The position numbers and the translations under genes are program-made. A stretch of DNA of 64,000 nt, from assembly GCA_965224025.1 (NCBI GenBank), contig OZ245033.1, forward strand, positions 1,376,001 through 1,440,000. Reading direction: 5' to 3'. A model generated the notes under the pieces. It searched no databases. It was given only the letters and a program-made list of their open reading frames with translations, and was not told the DNA's origin. Shown here one piece after another: positions 43,813 to 55,349 of this stretch. How positions within the stretch are numbered: position 1 is the first letter of the stretch; every line of letters begins with the position of its first letter. This DNA comes from Candidatus Multivorans sp. (GTDB lineage: Bacteria > Acidobacteriota > Thermoanaerobaculia > Multivoradales > Multivoraceae).

Positions 43813-43904
43813 AGGCGACGGCCGCGGCCAGCCCTGAGGCATGACGCCCTGGCGGGCCAGTGGGGCGGGCCTTCGTCCGGGTCGTCGCGACCTGCCTCCC
43901 GCAC

Positions 43905-45842
43905 CTACACGTCCAGGCCGACCTGGCGCATCAGGTCGAGTGCATTGCTGCGCGTTACGGTGCCCTCGCGTAGGCGGTAGTCGAAGCGGATCTCGCCGTC
44001 TTCCAGTTGATCCCTGAAGTGGACGTTTTGCAGGGACGCTTCCCCCGAATCGTCGGCGATCTGGGCCAGGGCCAGATCGTGGGTGGTGACAAGTCCGATC
44101 GCACCGCGGTCGAGGAGGCCCCGGATCAGGCCTTCGGCGCCGACTCGGCGGTCGTGGGAGTTCGTGCCGTGGAGAATCTCATCGAGCAGGAACAGCGCCG
44201 GCGTCGCCTGGTCGGTCAGGTCGAGCACGGACTTGAGCTTCGTGATCTCGGCGTAGAACCTGGATTGGCCTTCGGCAAGAGAGTCCCGGAGCTGGATGGA
44301 ACAGCCGATGGCCAGCGGCGTCAGCCGGAGCGACCGAGCGCGCACCGGCGCGCCGGCTTGGGCGAGGACGACGTTCGTTCCGACCGTCCTCAGCAGAGTG
44401 CTCTTGCCGGACATGTTCGAGCCGCTCACGATCAGGCATAGGGCCGGCGATGGCGGTTCGATGGGGGCCGTCGTTTCCCTGGCGGCTGCGGTTGTGACGT
44501 CCGCCTGGACTCCCAGAACGACGTCGTTCGCTACGCAGTCCTCCGCGGGCAGCAGGGGGTGCCCGAGCGCTCTGCCTTCGAGCAGTGGGCGTTTCTTCCC
44601 GGACGGCTCCAGCAGTGTGGGGAAGGTGTGGTCCGGATGCTCGAACGCGTGGGAGGCGAGACTGGCAAGGGCTTCGACCTCGGCCAGCGCGCTGAGCCAG
44701 GCGGCAACCCGGTCGCCGTGGCGACGGCGCCAGGAGTCGATCGCGTAGGTGAGTTGAGGAGTCCAGAGCAGCAGCAGGCCGAATGGGACGAAGAGAGCGT
44801 TGCGCATCGAGTCGAGGAGGTCGACCAGGCGTTGCAACTGCCTTGCGTGTTGGGAGGCCGGGGTTCCATCGACGCTTCGCAGCCGCTGCGCCAGCTCGAT
44901 CAGACCGTTGCTCTCGAACGGCTCGCGCTCGATGACCTCCAGCAGAGATGCAACCAGGTTGAGGTCTCGGCTTGCCCGCGTCACGCCGGCCGTGGCCGCC
45001 TTGAAGTGGCGGCGCCTGCCGAGGCTCAGGAGGATCTGCAGCATCGCCAGGGCAAGGAGGGGTGACGGCCCCCAGCTCCAGATCATCCAGCCGGTCACGG
45101 CGAGAACGTTGGCGCCCGCGGTCAAACCCAGCAGGGAGCGCGCCAGGAACTCCCGGCCGCCGGCGCCGGGGAGTGCGGGCCGCCCGTCACCCTCCGCCCA
45201 AGCGCGCAGCGCCTCCGGATCGAGGTCGGTGCGCGCGATTCGACCAGAGGCGGCGAGACGCTCGCGCAGGTCGAGGCGGGGCGCCAATTCGCATACGGCC
45301 TCCTGCCGCCTACGCACGACCTCGGGTGACGCGGGCCGAAGCAACCACGACGCCAGGAGTTCGTCGCCGCCGCGGGTGCGCGCCCGGCTCAACATCTGGA
45401 ACAGGGAGTCGGGGCCGAACAGGTCGAGGTCCGCGGCGTATACGTGGTCGGCGTGTTCGTCGGCAAAGCGCGATCCGGGGCGGCCGCCGGCGCGCCAGTC
45501 GCCGTCGAGGCGGTCGAGAATCTGTCGGTAGAAGGCTTGCGCCAGCGCCAGCCGGTGAGCCCGCTGCAGGACGCGTTCGTGGAGGACGATGAGGACGAGA
45601 AAGAGGGACGCCGGCGCTGCCGCCCAGGCCAAGGAGAAGAGCTGTGCCTGGACCGCCAGCCAGACGAGCACGGCCGACAGAAGAACCGTGGCAAGCCGCG
45701 ACCAGGAGACGGTCTTCTCGATGCGCCGCGTTCGCTCCAGGGTCGCCGCGCGCCGCTCGGAGCGGCGTTCCATCCGTGCGCCCGCGGACGAGCGCACGGA
45801 CTGGTTCGCGCCATCCGCGTTCCCAGGCCCGGAGTGGTTCAT
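43905..45842 (-). CDS. Membrane-anchored MutS-related ATPase (MutS domain V)
   Basis: TM helices, DLDLFG..SLFQ, HPLL, GSNMSGKST, S.FYAE, DEILHGTN, TTHD. Confidence 0.9.
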   Translation of the reverse strand: MNHSGPGNADGANQSVRSSAGARMERRSERRAATLERTRRIEKTVSWSRLATVLLSAVLVWLAVQAQLFSLAWAAAPASLFLVLIVLHERVLQRAHRLALAQAFYRQILDRLDGDWRAGGRPGSRFADEHADHVYAADLDLFGPDSLFQMLSRARTRGGDELLASWLLRPASPEVVRRRQEAVCELAPRLDLRERLAASGRIARTDLDPEALRAWAEGDGRPALPGAGGREFLARSLLGLTAGANVLAVTGWMIWSWGPSPLLALAMLQILLSLGRRRHFKAATAGVTRASRDLNLVASLLEVIEREPFESNGLIELAQRLRSVDGTPASQHARQLQRLVDLLDSMRNALFVPFGLLLLWTPQLTYAIDSWRRRHGDRVAAWLSALAEVEALASLASHAFEHPDHTFPTLLEPSGKKRPLLEGRALGHPLLPAEDCVANDVVLGVQADVTTAAARETTAPIEPPSPALCLIVSGSNMSGKSTLLRTVGTNVVLAQAGAPVRARSLRLTPLAIGCSIQLRDSLAEGQSRFYAEITKLKSVLDLTDQATPALFLLDEILHGTNSHDRRVGAEGLIRGLLDRGAIGLVTTHDLALAQIADDSGEASLQNVHFRDQLEDGEIRFDYRLREGTVTRSNALDLMRQVGLDV

Positions 45843-46082
45843 CGTCGGGCGGGTGGACGGTTCAGGTCAGTGCCGGGTAGACGATCGATCTGAGTTGGCC
45901 GCGGAAGTTGAAGGTGCCCGACATCCAATACGGGACGGGCCGGCATGATGGGGATCCTCGCGTTCTGGTGGTTGGTGGAGGGTGGACGGCGCGGCGATCT
46001 TTGCAGATCGCGTCGCAGGGAAAGCTCCTCGGGCGATCGGGTTTCCCCCTTCCTGTGGCGGCCCGCATACAATCGCGCAGCC

Positions 46083-46898
46083 GTGGCCGAACCCTTAGTG
46101 TCCTCGCCGGCTGCCTCGACCTGTCTTGAGATCAGCGGGCTCACTCTCTCCTTCGGCGGTGTGCACGCCCTCAACGATGTCGCGCTGGACGTCCGCCACG
46201 GCGAGGTGTTCGCGATCATCGGTCCGAACGGCGCCGGCAAGACGTCGCTGCTCAACTCGGTCAGCGGTCTCTACCGTCCGCAGCAGGGATCGATCGCCTA
46301 CTCCGCGGCGCCGGGTGAGGCGCCCGTGTCCCTGCTCGGCCGGGCGCCCCACAGGGTAGCGCAGCTCGGGGTCGCCCGCTCCTTCCAGAACATCGAGCTC
46401 TTCCGCGCCATGACGGTGCTTGAGAACCTGATGCTGGGGCGGCACATCCACATGCGCGGCAACGTCCTGACCTGCGGCATCTACTTTGGCCTACAGCGCC
46501 GGGAGGAGATCGAGCACCGCGCCGTGGTTGAGGAAGTGATCGACTTCCTGGAGATCGAGAACCTTCGTCATCAGGCGGTGGGCACGCTCGCCTACGGCCT
46601 GCAGAAAAGGGTCGAACTCGCCCGGGCGCTGGCGCTCGACCCCAAACTCCTGCTGCTGGATGAACCAATGGCGGGGATGAACATCGAAGAGAAGGAGGAC
46701 ATGGCGCGCTTCATCCTCGACGTGAACGAGGAACGGGGCGTGACGACCGTGCTTATCGAGCACGACATGGGAGTGGTCATGGACCTCTCCGACCGGGTCG
46801 CCGTGCTCGACTTCGGCCGCTCGATCGCTTGCGGCACGCCGGACCACGTGCGTGCCGATCCGGAAGTCATCCGCGCGTATCTGGGGGGTTCCGAGTGA
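46083..46898 (+). CDS. ABC transporter ATP-binding protein (LivG-like)
   Basis: GPNGAGKT, LAYGLQKRVE, LLDEP, IEHDM, VIRAYLG; GTG start 9 nt after TACAAT. Confidence 0.93.
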   Translation: MAEPLVSSPAASTCLEISGLTLSFGGVHALNDVALDVRHGEVFAIIGPNGAGKTSLLNSVSGLYRPQQGSIAYSAAPGEAPVSLLGRAPHRVAQLGVARSFQNIELFRAMTVLENLMLGRHIHMRGNVLTCGIYFGLQRREEIEHRAVVEEVIDFLEIENLRHQAVGTLAYGLQKRVELARALALDPKLLLLDEPMAGMNIEEKEDMARFILDVNEERGVTTVLIEHDMGVVMDLSDRVAVLDFGRSIACGTPDHVRADPEVIRAYLGGSE

Positions 46899-48883
46899 GC
46901 TTCTCGGATGCATTGCCGCGAGACGCGGACACGCTGCCGAAGCTGCTGCTCAAGAACGCCCGGGAGCGGGCCGGCGAGGTCGCCCTGCGCGAGAAGGAGT
47001 TCGGCATCTGGCAGAGCTGCACCTGGGCCGAGTACGCGGAACGGGTGCAGAACTTCGCGCGCGGTCTCGTGGAGCTTGGCCTGGAGAAGGGCGAGATCAT
47101 CGCCGTCGTGGGCGACAACAGGCCCGAGTGGTTGATCGCGCAACTTGCTGCGCAGTCGATCGGCGCCAGGTCGCTGGGTGTCTACCAGGATTCCGTGGCG
47201 GTCGAAGTCCAGTACCTCATGGAGTTCTCCGGCGCACGCTTCGTCGTCGCCGAGGACCAGGAGCAGGTGGACAAGCTACTGGAAGTCTGGGACCAGTTGA
47301 GCGGCAGCGACGGGAGTGGCGACCACGCGGTAGTCAACGTCATCTACTACGACCCGCGCGGACTCGGTTCCTACCCGCAAGACTTCCTGCTCGGCTTCCC
47401 CGAGGTGGAGGAGCTCGGACGGTCGGGCGCGAGCAGTACCGAAGCCGACTTCGAGAGGTGGGTCGCGGCGACTGAAGCCGACGACGTGGCTCTGCTCTCG
47501 ACGACTTCCGGCACCACGGGCAAGCCGAAGCTGGCGATGCTGTCCCATCGGAATCTCCTGACCATGGCCCACAGCTTCAACGGCATCGACCCGATGCAGA
47601 GCGACGACGAGTTCGTGTCCTTCCTGCCCCTGGCCTGGATCGGCGAACAGATGATCGGCGCCGCCTGCGGGCTGCTGGTCGGTTTTGCCCTGAACTTCCC
47701 GGAGGAGCCGGAAACGGTGCAGCAGGACATTCGCGAGATCGGCCCGCACACGATGTTCTCGCCGCCGCGCATCTGGGAGAACATGGTCTCCGACGTCCAG
47801 GTCCGGATCGAAGATTCGTCGTGGCTCAAGCGGAAGGTCTACGGCTGGGCGCTCAGCGTCGGCTACCGGTCCGCCGACTGTCTGCTCGAACATGGAAGCC
47901 AGCCGGCGTTCCTGGCCCTTGGGCGGCGGATTGCGAACACCGTTTGCTTCTTCTGGCTGAGGGACAAGCTGGGAGTACGGCGGATCCGTCGCGCCTACAC
48001 GGGCGGCGCGGCACTGGGACCCGACATCTTTCGTTTCTTCCATGCCATCGGCGTGAACCTGAAGCAGATCTACGGTCAGACGGAGGTCTCAGGCATCTCG
48101 GTCGCGCACCGGGACGACGACATCAAGTTTCATACGGTGGGCACGCCGGTCCCCGGTATGGAGGTTCGTCTCGGCGAGGGCGGCGAGATTCTGACCAGAA
48201 GCCCGTCCGTGTTCCTCGGCTACTACAACAACGAAGAGGCCACCGAGGAGGCGCTCCGCGACGGCTGGCTCTACTCCGGTGACGCCGGCTACATGGACGA
48301 CGACGGGCATCTGATCGTCATCGACCGCAAGAAGGACGTGATGGAACTGCACGACGGGACGCAGTTCTCGCCCCAGTTCATCGAGAACAAGCTGAAGTTC
48401 AGCCCCTACATCAAGGAGGCGGTGGTGTTCGGCGGCGGCGACTACGCGTTCGTGACCTCCATGATCGTGATCGACTTCGCCAACGCGGGCAAGTGGGCCG
48501 AGCGCCGTCAGATCCCGTACACGACCTTCACCGACCTGGCGCAGAAGTCCGAGATCTACGCACTCGCGCTGGAGCACACGGCGAGCATCAACGCCGATCT
48601 GCCCGAGTCGGCCCGCATTCAGAGAATCCTGCTGTTGCACAAGGAGCTCGACGCGGACGACGAGGAGCTGACCCGCACCCGCAAGGTGCGGCGGCGCTTC
48701 ATCGCCGACCGCTACCGCCTGCTCGTCGACGCGCTCTACGGCGAGGGCGAGGCGGTCGAGATCGAGAACCAGATCACCTATCAGGACGGCGCCACGGCCG
48801 TTCTGCAGACCCGGCTGCGGATCGCGGTTCCTCCCGAACCGCTCCGGCATGTACATCGGCGACACCGCGGACCTCTAGTCTGA
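46895..48883 (+). CDS. Long-chain fatty acyl-CoA synthetase (AMP-binding)
   Basis: TTSGTTGKPK, YGQTE, GWLYSGD, IDRKKD, ELTRTRKVRR. Confidence 0.92.
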   Translation: MSFSDALPRDADTLPKLLLKNARERAGEVALREKEFGIWQSCTWAEYAERVQNFARGLVELGLEKGEIIAVVGDNRPEWLIAQLAAQSIGARSLGVYQDSVAVEVQYLMEFSGARFVVAEDQEQVDKLLEVWDQLSGSDGSGDHAVVNVIYYDPRGLGSYPQDFLLGFPEVEELGRSGASSTEADFERWVAATEADDVALLSTTSGTTGKPKLAMLSHRNLLTMAHSFNGIDPMQSDDEFVSFLPLAWIGEQMIGAACGLLVGFALNFPEEPETVQQDIREIGPHTMFSPPRIWENMVSDVQVRIEDSSWLKRKVYGWALSVGYRSADCLLEHGSQPAFLALGRRIANTVCFFWLRDKLGVRRIRRAYTGGAALGPDIFRFFHAIGVNLKQIYGQTEVSGISVAHRDDDIKFHTVGTPVPGMEVRLGEGGEILTRSPSVFLGYYNNEEATEEALRDGWLYSGDAGYMDDDGHLIVIDRKKDVMELHDGTQFSPQFIENKLKFSPYIKEAVVFGGGDYAFVTSMIVIDFANAGKWAERRQIPYTTFTDLAQKSEIYALALEHTASINADLPESARIQRILLLHKELDADDEELTRTRKVRRRFIADRYRLLVDALYGEGEAVEIENQITYQDGATAVLQTRLRIAVPPEPLRHVHRRHRGPLV

Positions 48884-48901
48884 GTCGCGAGGATCCCGGC
48901 G

Positions 48902-49780
48902 ATGCAAGGCGACGTCTTCCTTCAGCTCACGGTCTCCGGCCTCTCGAACGGCATGGTCTACGCCCTGGTCGCGGTCGGCTTCGTCGTCATCTTCAAGGCG
49001 AGCGCAGTGATCAACTTCGCGCAGGGCGAGTTCCTCCTCTTCGGCGCCTACCTCGCGTTCGCCTTCATCGGCCAGTTCGGGCTGCCCTGGAGCGTGGGTG
49101 TTCTGGCGACCCTGCTCTCGGCAGCCCTGATCGGCCTGATCGTGGAGCGGCTCGTCCTGCGGCCGCTGATCGGCGAGCCGGTGATCTCGATGATCATGGT
49201 CACGATCGGTCTGTCCAGCCTGCTGCGCGCCGTGGTCAACGGCATCTGGGGAGCGCGGCCCAAGGCCTTTCCGAACTTCATCCCCGAGGGCGAGGTCGAG
49301 TTCATGGGCGCGGTGGTCGGTATCGACCGGTTGCTCGTCATCGCGATAGCCGGAATCCTGCTGACGGTTCTGACCCTCTTCTTCCGTCACACCCGGGACG
49401 GCATCGCGATGCGAGCGATCGCCGACGACCAGCAGGCGGCGCTTTCGATGGGCATCAGCATCAAGCGGGTGCTGGCGGTGGCCTGGGCGATGGCGGCGAT
49501 CACCGCGGCGGTCGCCGGCATCGTGCTGGCGAACACGGTCGGCGTCAGCCACGACATCATCTTTATCGGCCTGCGCGTGTTCCCGGTGGTCATCCTCGGC
49601 GGCCTGGACTCGGTGCCCGGCGCGATCGTCGGCGGCGGCGTGATCGGGTTGCTCGAGTCGTACACCGCCGGGTACACGACCTCCGGGTTGGAACTCATCG
49701 TGCCGTACATCGTGCTGATCCTGGTCCTGATGATCCGCCCCTACGGCCTGTTCGGCAAGGAGATCATCGAGAGGGTCTAG
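48902..49780 (+). CDS. Branched-chain-type ABC permease (LivH-like)
   Basis: YALVAVG...INFAQGE, ILGGLDS..GA, IRPYGLFG. Confidence 0.92.
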   Translation: MQGDVFLQLTVSGLSNGMVYALVAVGFVVIFKASAVINFAQGEFLLFGAYLAFAFIGQFGLPWSVGVLATLLSAALIGLIVERLVLRPLIGEPVISMIMVTIGLSSLLRAVVNGIWGARPKAFPNFIPEGEVEFMGAVVGIDRLLVIAIAGILLTVLTLFFRHTRDGIAMRAIADDQQAALSMGISIKRVLAVAWAMAAITAAVAGIVLANTVGVSHDIIFIGLRVFPVVILGGLDSVPGAIVGGGVIGLLESYTAGYTTSGLELIVPYIVLILVLMIRPYGLFGKEIIERV

Positions 49781-49832
49781 CGCGGCGCCGAACAGCTACG
49801 CGTCCCGCACCGGGCGACCTCCTTCAGCCATC

Positions 49833-50876
49833 ATGGAATCAGGAATCTTCTTCAGCGACTACCGCTCGGACATGTCTCTGCGGCGCATGCCATTGCAGAA
49901 GGTGCGCACGGGTCTGCTCCTGGCCGGACTCCTCGTGTTTCCGTTCCTGGCTTCGCCGTACTGGCAGAATCTGGCCAATCAGATCGCGATCGCCACGATC
50001 GGCGCGATCGGTCTGAACATCCTGGTTGGTTACACGGGCCAGATCTCCCTCGGCCAGGGCGCCTTCATGGCGATCGGCGCCTACGGCGCGGGCCTTCTCA
50101 CCGTCCGGTTCGGTGTTCCCTTCTACATCAGCATTCCCGTTGCCGCCCTGATCACCGCGGTTGCCGGCCTTGTGGTCGGCCTGCCCTCGCTGCGGCTCAA
50201 GGGGCTCTACCTGGCGGTGGCTACGCTTGCCGCCCAGCAGATCGTCGAGTTCGTGGTCACGCATTGGACCGGACTGACCGGGGGCACGGAGGCTCTGGTC
50301 GTGCCGGCGCCCGAACTGTTCGGCGCTCGCCTGAACACCGACGGGCGCTTCTACTGGATTCTGGTCGTCATTGCTCTGGGGGTCGCGCTCTTCGCCGCGA
50401 ATCTGTTCCGCTCGCGCGTGGGCCGCGCCTGGGTGGCGATCCGGGACCAGGACATGGCGGCTTCGGCGATCGGCGTCAACGTCTTCGGCTACAAGCTGCT
50501 CGCCTTCGCTACTTCGTCCTTCCTGGTCGGGCTCTCCGGCGCCCTGCTCGCCCACTACCGCTCGATCGTCACCTGGGAGCGGTTCACGATCGAGATCTCC
50601 ATTTCCTACCTCGCGATGATCATCATCGGCGGGCTGGGGACGATCTCCGGTTCTTTCTTCGGCGCCACGCTGATCGTCCTGCTCCCGGCGATGATCAACA
50701 CCGTGGGCCGTTCGCTGCAAGACACGGCACCCTGGGCGGCCACGGTCCTGCCGTATGTCCAGCAGGGCGTCTTCGGCCTCGTGATCATCCTCTTCCTGGT
50801 GCTCGAACCGGAGGGCCTCGCCAAGCTCTGGCGCAACGTGAAGGACTACTTCCGTGTCTGGCCCTTCTCCTACTAG
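49833..50876 (+). CDS. Branched-chain-type ABC permease (LivM-like)
   Basis: GYTGQISLGQ, LRLKGLYLA, IIGGLG, EPEGL. Confidence 0.92.
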   Translation: MESGIFFSDYRSDMSLRRMPLQKVRTGLLLAGLLVFPFLASPYWQNLANQIAIATIGAIGLNILVGYTGQISLGQGAFMAIGAYGAGLLTVRFGVPFYISIPVAALITAVAGLVVGLPSLRLKGLYLAVATLAAQQIVEFVVTHWTGLTGGTEALVVPAPELFGARLNTDGRFYWILVVIALGVALFAANLFRSRVGRAWVAIRDQDMAASAIGVNVFGYKLLAFATSSFLVGLSGALLAHYRSIVTWERFTIEISISYLAMIIIGGLGTISGSFFGATLIVLLPAMINTVGRSLQDTAPWAATVLPYVQQGVFGLVIILFLVLEPEGLAKLWRNVKDYFRVWPFSY

Positions 50877-50965
50877 CCACCGCGCCACATCGTGGGCGAT
50901 ATGATCCGCCGGTTACTCGGACGCCAGACTTGGGGTGCGCGGCACCCCTTGAGGAGACTTTCGCC

Positions 50966-52165
50966 ATGACCCGTCTCGCCTTCATAGCCGTTCTTTCTGT
51001 ATTGCTCCTAGTCGCCTGCGGAGGCGGCGAACCGGTCGACGAGGCGACCGCCCCGATCAGGATCGGCGCGATCTTCGATCTGACGGGTCCGACTTCGGAT
51101 GTGGGCACGATGTATGCCGAGGCAATTCGCGACTACTACGACTGGCTCAACGAGCGCGGCGGCATCGCCGGCCGCCCGATCGAGTTGCTGTGGAACGACT
51201 ACGGCTACGACGTCGCGAAGGCCGAACAGCTCTATTCCGAGTTCGTCCAGGCCGGGTCGGTGATGTTCATGGGCTGGGGCACCGGCGACACCGAGGCCCT
51301 GCGGGGCCGGATCGCGGCCGACCGGATTCCCTTCATCTCCGCGTCCTTCTCGCACGTGCTGGGCGACCCGGCCGAGGCACCGTACAACTTCCTCGTCGGC
51401 ACCACCTACACTGACCAGTTGATCATCCTGCTCGACTACCTGGTGGACGAGGCGGAAGCCTCGGGAGGCGAGAAGCCGAACGTGGCGCTGATGCATAACG
51501 CGAGTCCGTTCGGTCTCTCACCGTGGAACCAGGGCGGCGAGGAGTACGCGAAGCAGTCGGGGATCGAGATGGCGCCGCACGAGATGGCGCGGGGCAACAC
51601 CGACTTCAGCGCCACGTTGACGCGGATTGCCGAGTCCGGGGCCAACTGGGTCGTGTTCCAGAACACGTCGAACCCGGCGTCTTTGACGCTCAAGAACGCG
51701 CGGGATCTCGGCCTGGACCTGCGCTTCGCCTGTCTGAACTACTGCAGCAACGAGGTGCTGGTGGAACTCGCGGGGGAGGCCGCGGAAGGCGTACTGGGTT
51801 CGGTCATCTACTCGCCGCCTGGTGAGGGCATCGACGGCCTGAACGAGGCGGCCGAATACCTCGCGTCAAAGGGCGGTTCGATCGAGGAGGAGGGCCTGCT
51901 CTACGGCCAGGGTTGGACGGTGGCCGGCTTCGTGACCGAGGCCATCGAGCGCGCCGCCGCGACGGGCGAGATTAGCGGCGAGGCCATCCACGCCGCGTTC
52001 GAGACCTTCGACGGGCTCGAGTCCGGTGGCGTGACGGTCCCGGTCACCTTCACCGGCACCGACCATCGCGGCGTCAAGGGCATGCGGATCTTCGAGGTCC
52101 GGGACGGCAAGTGGCAGCCGGTCACGGAGATGCTGATGGCCGGCGGTCCGGAGGCGGCGGGATAG
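50966..52165 (+). CDS. ABC substrate-binding lipoprotein (PBP6/LivJ-like)
   Basis: RBS GAGGAG, lipobox LVAC, IGAIFDLTGP, N.RGGIAGR. Confidence 0.9.
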   Translation: MTRLAFIAVLSVLLLVACGGGEPVDEATAPIRIGAIFDLTGPTSDVGTMYAEAIRDYYDWLNERGGIAGRPIELLWNDYGYDVAKAEQLYSEFVQAGSVMFMGWGTGDTEALRGRIAADRIPFISASFSHVLGDPAEAPYNFLVGTTYTDQLIILLDYLVDEAEASGGEKPNVALMHNASPFGLSPWNQGGEEYAKQSGIEMAPHEMARGNTDFSATLTRIAESGANWVVFQNTSNPASLTLKNARDLGLDLRFACLNYCSNEVLVELAGEAAEGVLGSVIYSPPGEGIDGLNEAAEYLASKGGSIEEEGLLYGQGWTVAGFVTEAIERAAATGEISGEAIHAAFETFDGLESGGVTVPVTFTGTDHRGVKGMRIFEVRDGKWQPVTEMLMAGGPEAAG

Positions 52166-52246
52166 AGCACGGGCCGCCCTTGGCGGATGGCGAGCGCCGC
52201 CCGCCCCCGGGGTTGACCGCCTCCAAGTCAAGCCATGCTCTCAGCC

Positions 52247-53041
<795 letters not shown>

Positions 53042-53064
53042 CAGTCGAGTCGCGGCGTCCGGAT

Positions 53065-53107
53065 GCGGGCATCCTGCCCGCATCCGGCGCGAAGCGCCGG
53101 CCTCCGG
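53065..53107. repeat. REP-like double-hairpin repeat, copy 2
   Basis: gcgggcatcctgcccgc plus ccggcgc-gaa-gcgccgg, between convergent genes. Confidence 0.8.
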
Positions 53108-53136
53108 GAGTTCTGCCGCGCTCCGCCGCGGGACCC

Positions 53137-53910
53137 TCAATCGGCGCCCGGCGGCTCCCGTTCGATCGACTCTTCGATCTCCCTCAGCCTTTCGCTGAGC
53201 TCGCGGCGCGCGTCGGCCGCGAACGGGTTTTCCCGGGCGATGGTGAGGAAGAGATCGTCGGAGTCGTGCCTGAGGTTCTCCTCGATCTTCATCATGTGCC
53301 GGTAGGCGACGGTGCCGAGGGCGGGGTCCGGGACGTGGATCTCCCTTAGCGCCTTCGCCATCCAGTGTGTCAGCCCCTGAATGTAGGCCATCTCGGCGTC
53401 GTGTTCCTCGGCCGTCATTTGGAGCACTTCCAAGCCGAGGTCTGCCTTTAGAAAGCCCCGCAGGGCCGTCACCCGTCGTGGGTCGACCGGGCGGTCCGGA
53501 AGGCAGAGCACGACCTTCAGGCCCCCGATGCCCTCACTGCCGCTCTGGGGGCCGAACATGGGATGGGTGCCGATGAACTCGACCTGCGCCGGAAGCCGGT
53601 GTTCGAGAATCCGGTGCGGTTTGACCTTGACCGAGGCGACATCGACCACCAGGGTGCGTTCGCCGAGGTGCGGAACCACCTGGACGAGCAGGGAATCCAG
53701 TTCCTGAACCGGCACGGCCGGAATGAGGACGTCGCAGCGGGCGCAGGCTTCAAGACTGGCCCACGGTACTCCGCGGTCCGCTGCTTCCGGTTCCAGCTTT
53801 CGGCGGTCCCAGACCCGCACGTCGAAGCGTTCGCCGACGTGGTGGGCAATGAACCGGCCGAAGCTGCCGAAGCCGATGATCCCGATCGTCTTGACCCAGC
53901 AGTCCTGCAC
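53137..53910 (-). CDS. tyrA: Prephenate/arogenate dehydrogenase
   Basis: GIIGFGSFG, DVASVK, THPMFGP, EEHD..MA..QGLTH; probable GTG start at 53910. Confidence 0.88.
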   Translation of the reverse strand: MQDCWVKTIGIIGFGSFGRFIAHHVGERFDVRVWDRRKLEPEAADRGVPWASLEACARCDVLIPAVPVQELDSLLVQVVPHLGERTLVVDVASVKVKPHRILEHRLPAQVEFIGTHPMFGPQSGSEGIGGLKVVLCLPDRPVDPRRVTALRGFLKADLGLEVLQMTAEEHDAEMAYIQGLTHWMAKALREIHVPDPALGTVAYRHMMKIEENLRHDSDDLFLTIARENPFAADARRELSERLREIEESIEREPPGAD

Positions 53911-54005
53911 CGCGCGCGCAGCGTAGCAACCCAGCGCGGCCGGCTTCGGCCGTTCGGCGGTGCTTTCCCCTACAATCGCGGCTTCGTGGGGGGAGGGGAG
54001 CCAGG

Positions 54006-55349
54006 ATGACGTGGAGAGTTGGCGCCTTGCTGTGCGCTGGGATCGGTGCCGCGGTGAGCTATGGTTCAGCGCCCGTGGCCTACGCCGAAGACGAGCGCGC
54101 CAGCCGGGAGCATGTGCTGGGCCTGCTCCGGGAAGTGCCGTTGATCGACGGACACAACGATGTGCCCTGGCAGTACCGCACGCGGGTCGCGAACCACCTC
54201 GACCGGATCGACTTTCGCGATACCTCGGCGCTCGAGCCGCCGATGCATACTGATATCGCGCGCCTTCGCCAGGGGGGAGTCGGCGCTCAGTTCTGGTCGG
54301 TCTACATCCCGACTTCCTTCGGCCGGCCGGGCGCGGCACGCGTCGTGTTCGAGCAGGTCGACCTGACCAAGCGCCTGATCGAGCGGTATCCCGACGACCT
54401 GGAACTCGCGCTGACCGCCGCCGACATCGAGCGGATCCATGCCGCCGGCAAGGTGGCGTCGCTGCTCGGCGCCGAAGGCGGGCACTCGATCGAGTCGTCG
54501 CTGGGCGTGCTGCGCCAGCTCTACGCAACCGGAGTTCGCTACCTGACCCTGACCCACGGCAGCAACACGGCGTGGGCCGACTCGGCGACCGACCGTCCCG
54601 CGCACGGGGGGCTCACGGCCTTCGGACGGCAGGTGGTGCGGGAGATGAATCGCCTGGGGATGCTGGTCGACCTCTCCCACGTGTCGCCGCAGACGATGCA
54701 CCAGGCGCTGGACGAGTCGAAGGCGCCGGTGATCTTCTCCCATTCCTCCGCGTTCGCGGTCACGGCAAGCCCACGCAACGTTCCCGACGACGTGCTGCGG
54801 CGCCTCGCGGAGAACGGTGGCGTCGTGATGGTGACTTTCGTGCCGTCCTTCGTCAACGGCGCCGTGCGGGCGTACTTCCGGCGCATGGACGCGGAGCGCC
54901 TCCGCCTCTCGGGGACGGGCGTGGCGCCGGCCGAACTCCGCCCGCATCTCGAAGCCTGGCGGCGCGAAAACCCCGGGCCGCAGGCTTCGATAGGCGACGT
55001 GGCGGACCACATCGACCACGTCCGGGCTTTGATCGGAACCGCCCATTTGGGCATCGGTTCGGACTTCGACGGCATCCCCACCGTGCCGGTAGGGCTCGAG
55101 GATGCCTCGACGTTCCCCGATCTCCTGGTCGAACTGGTTCGCCGGGGATACAGCGACGAGGAGTTGAAGGACATCGCGGGCCGCAGCTTCCTGCGCGCGA
55201 TGCGCGGCGCGGAGGAGGCCGCACGGCGGCTGCAGGCCTCGGAGTCCGCGGCCGACGACCTGATCGAAGAACTCGATCAAGCAGGTCGATCGCAAGAGGG
55301 GCCAGGCGATACTCCACCGGCTGCGAAAGGAGCTGGCGCCGATGTCTGA
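54006..55349 (+). CDS. Membrane dipeptidase (M19 family), secreted
   Basis: IDGHND, AEGGH, LTLTH, DLSH, SHS, RNVPD, GSDFDG. Confidence 0.93.
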   Translation: MTWRVGALLCAGIGAAVSYGSAPVAYAEDERASREHVLGLLREVPLIDGHNDVPWQYRTRVANHLDRIDFRDTSALEPPMHTDIARLRQGGVGAQFWSVYIPTSFGRPGAARVVFEQVDLTKRLIERYPDDLELALTAADIERIHAAGKVASLLGAEGGHSIESSLGVLRQLYATGVRYLTLTHGSNTAWADSATDRPAHGGLTAFGRQVVREMNRLGMLVDLSHVSPQTMHQALDESKAPVIFSHSSAFAVTASPRNVPDDVLRRLAENGGVVMVTFVPSFVNGAVRAYFRRMDAERLRLSGTGVAPAELRPHLEAWRRENPGPQASIGDVADHIDHVRALIGTAHLGIGSDFDGIPTVPVGLEDASTFPDLLVELVRRGYSDEELKDIAGRSFLRAMRGAEEAARRLQASESAADDLIEELDQAGRSQEGPGDTPPAAKGAGADV

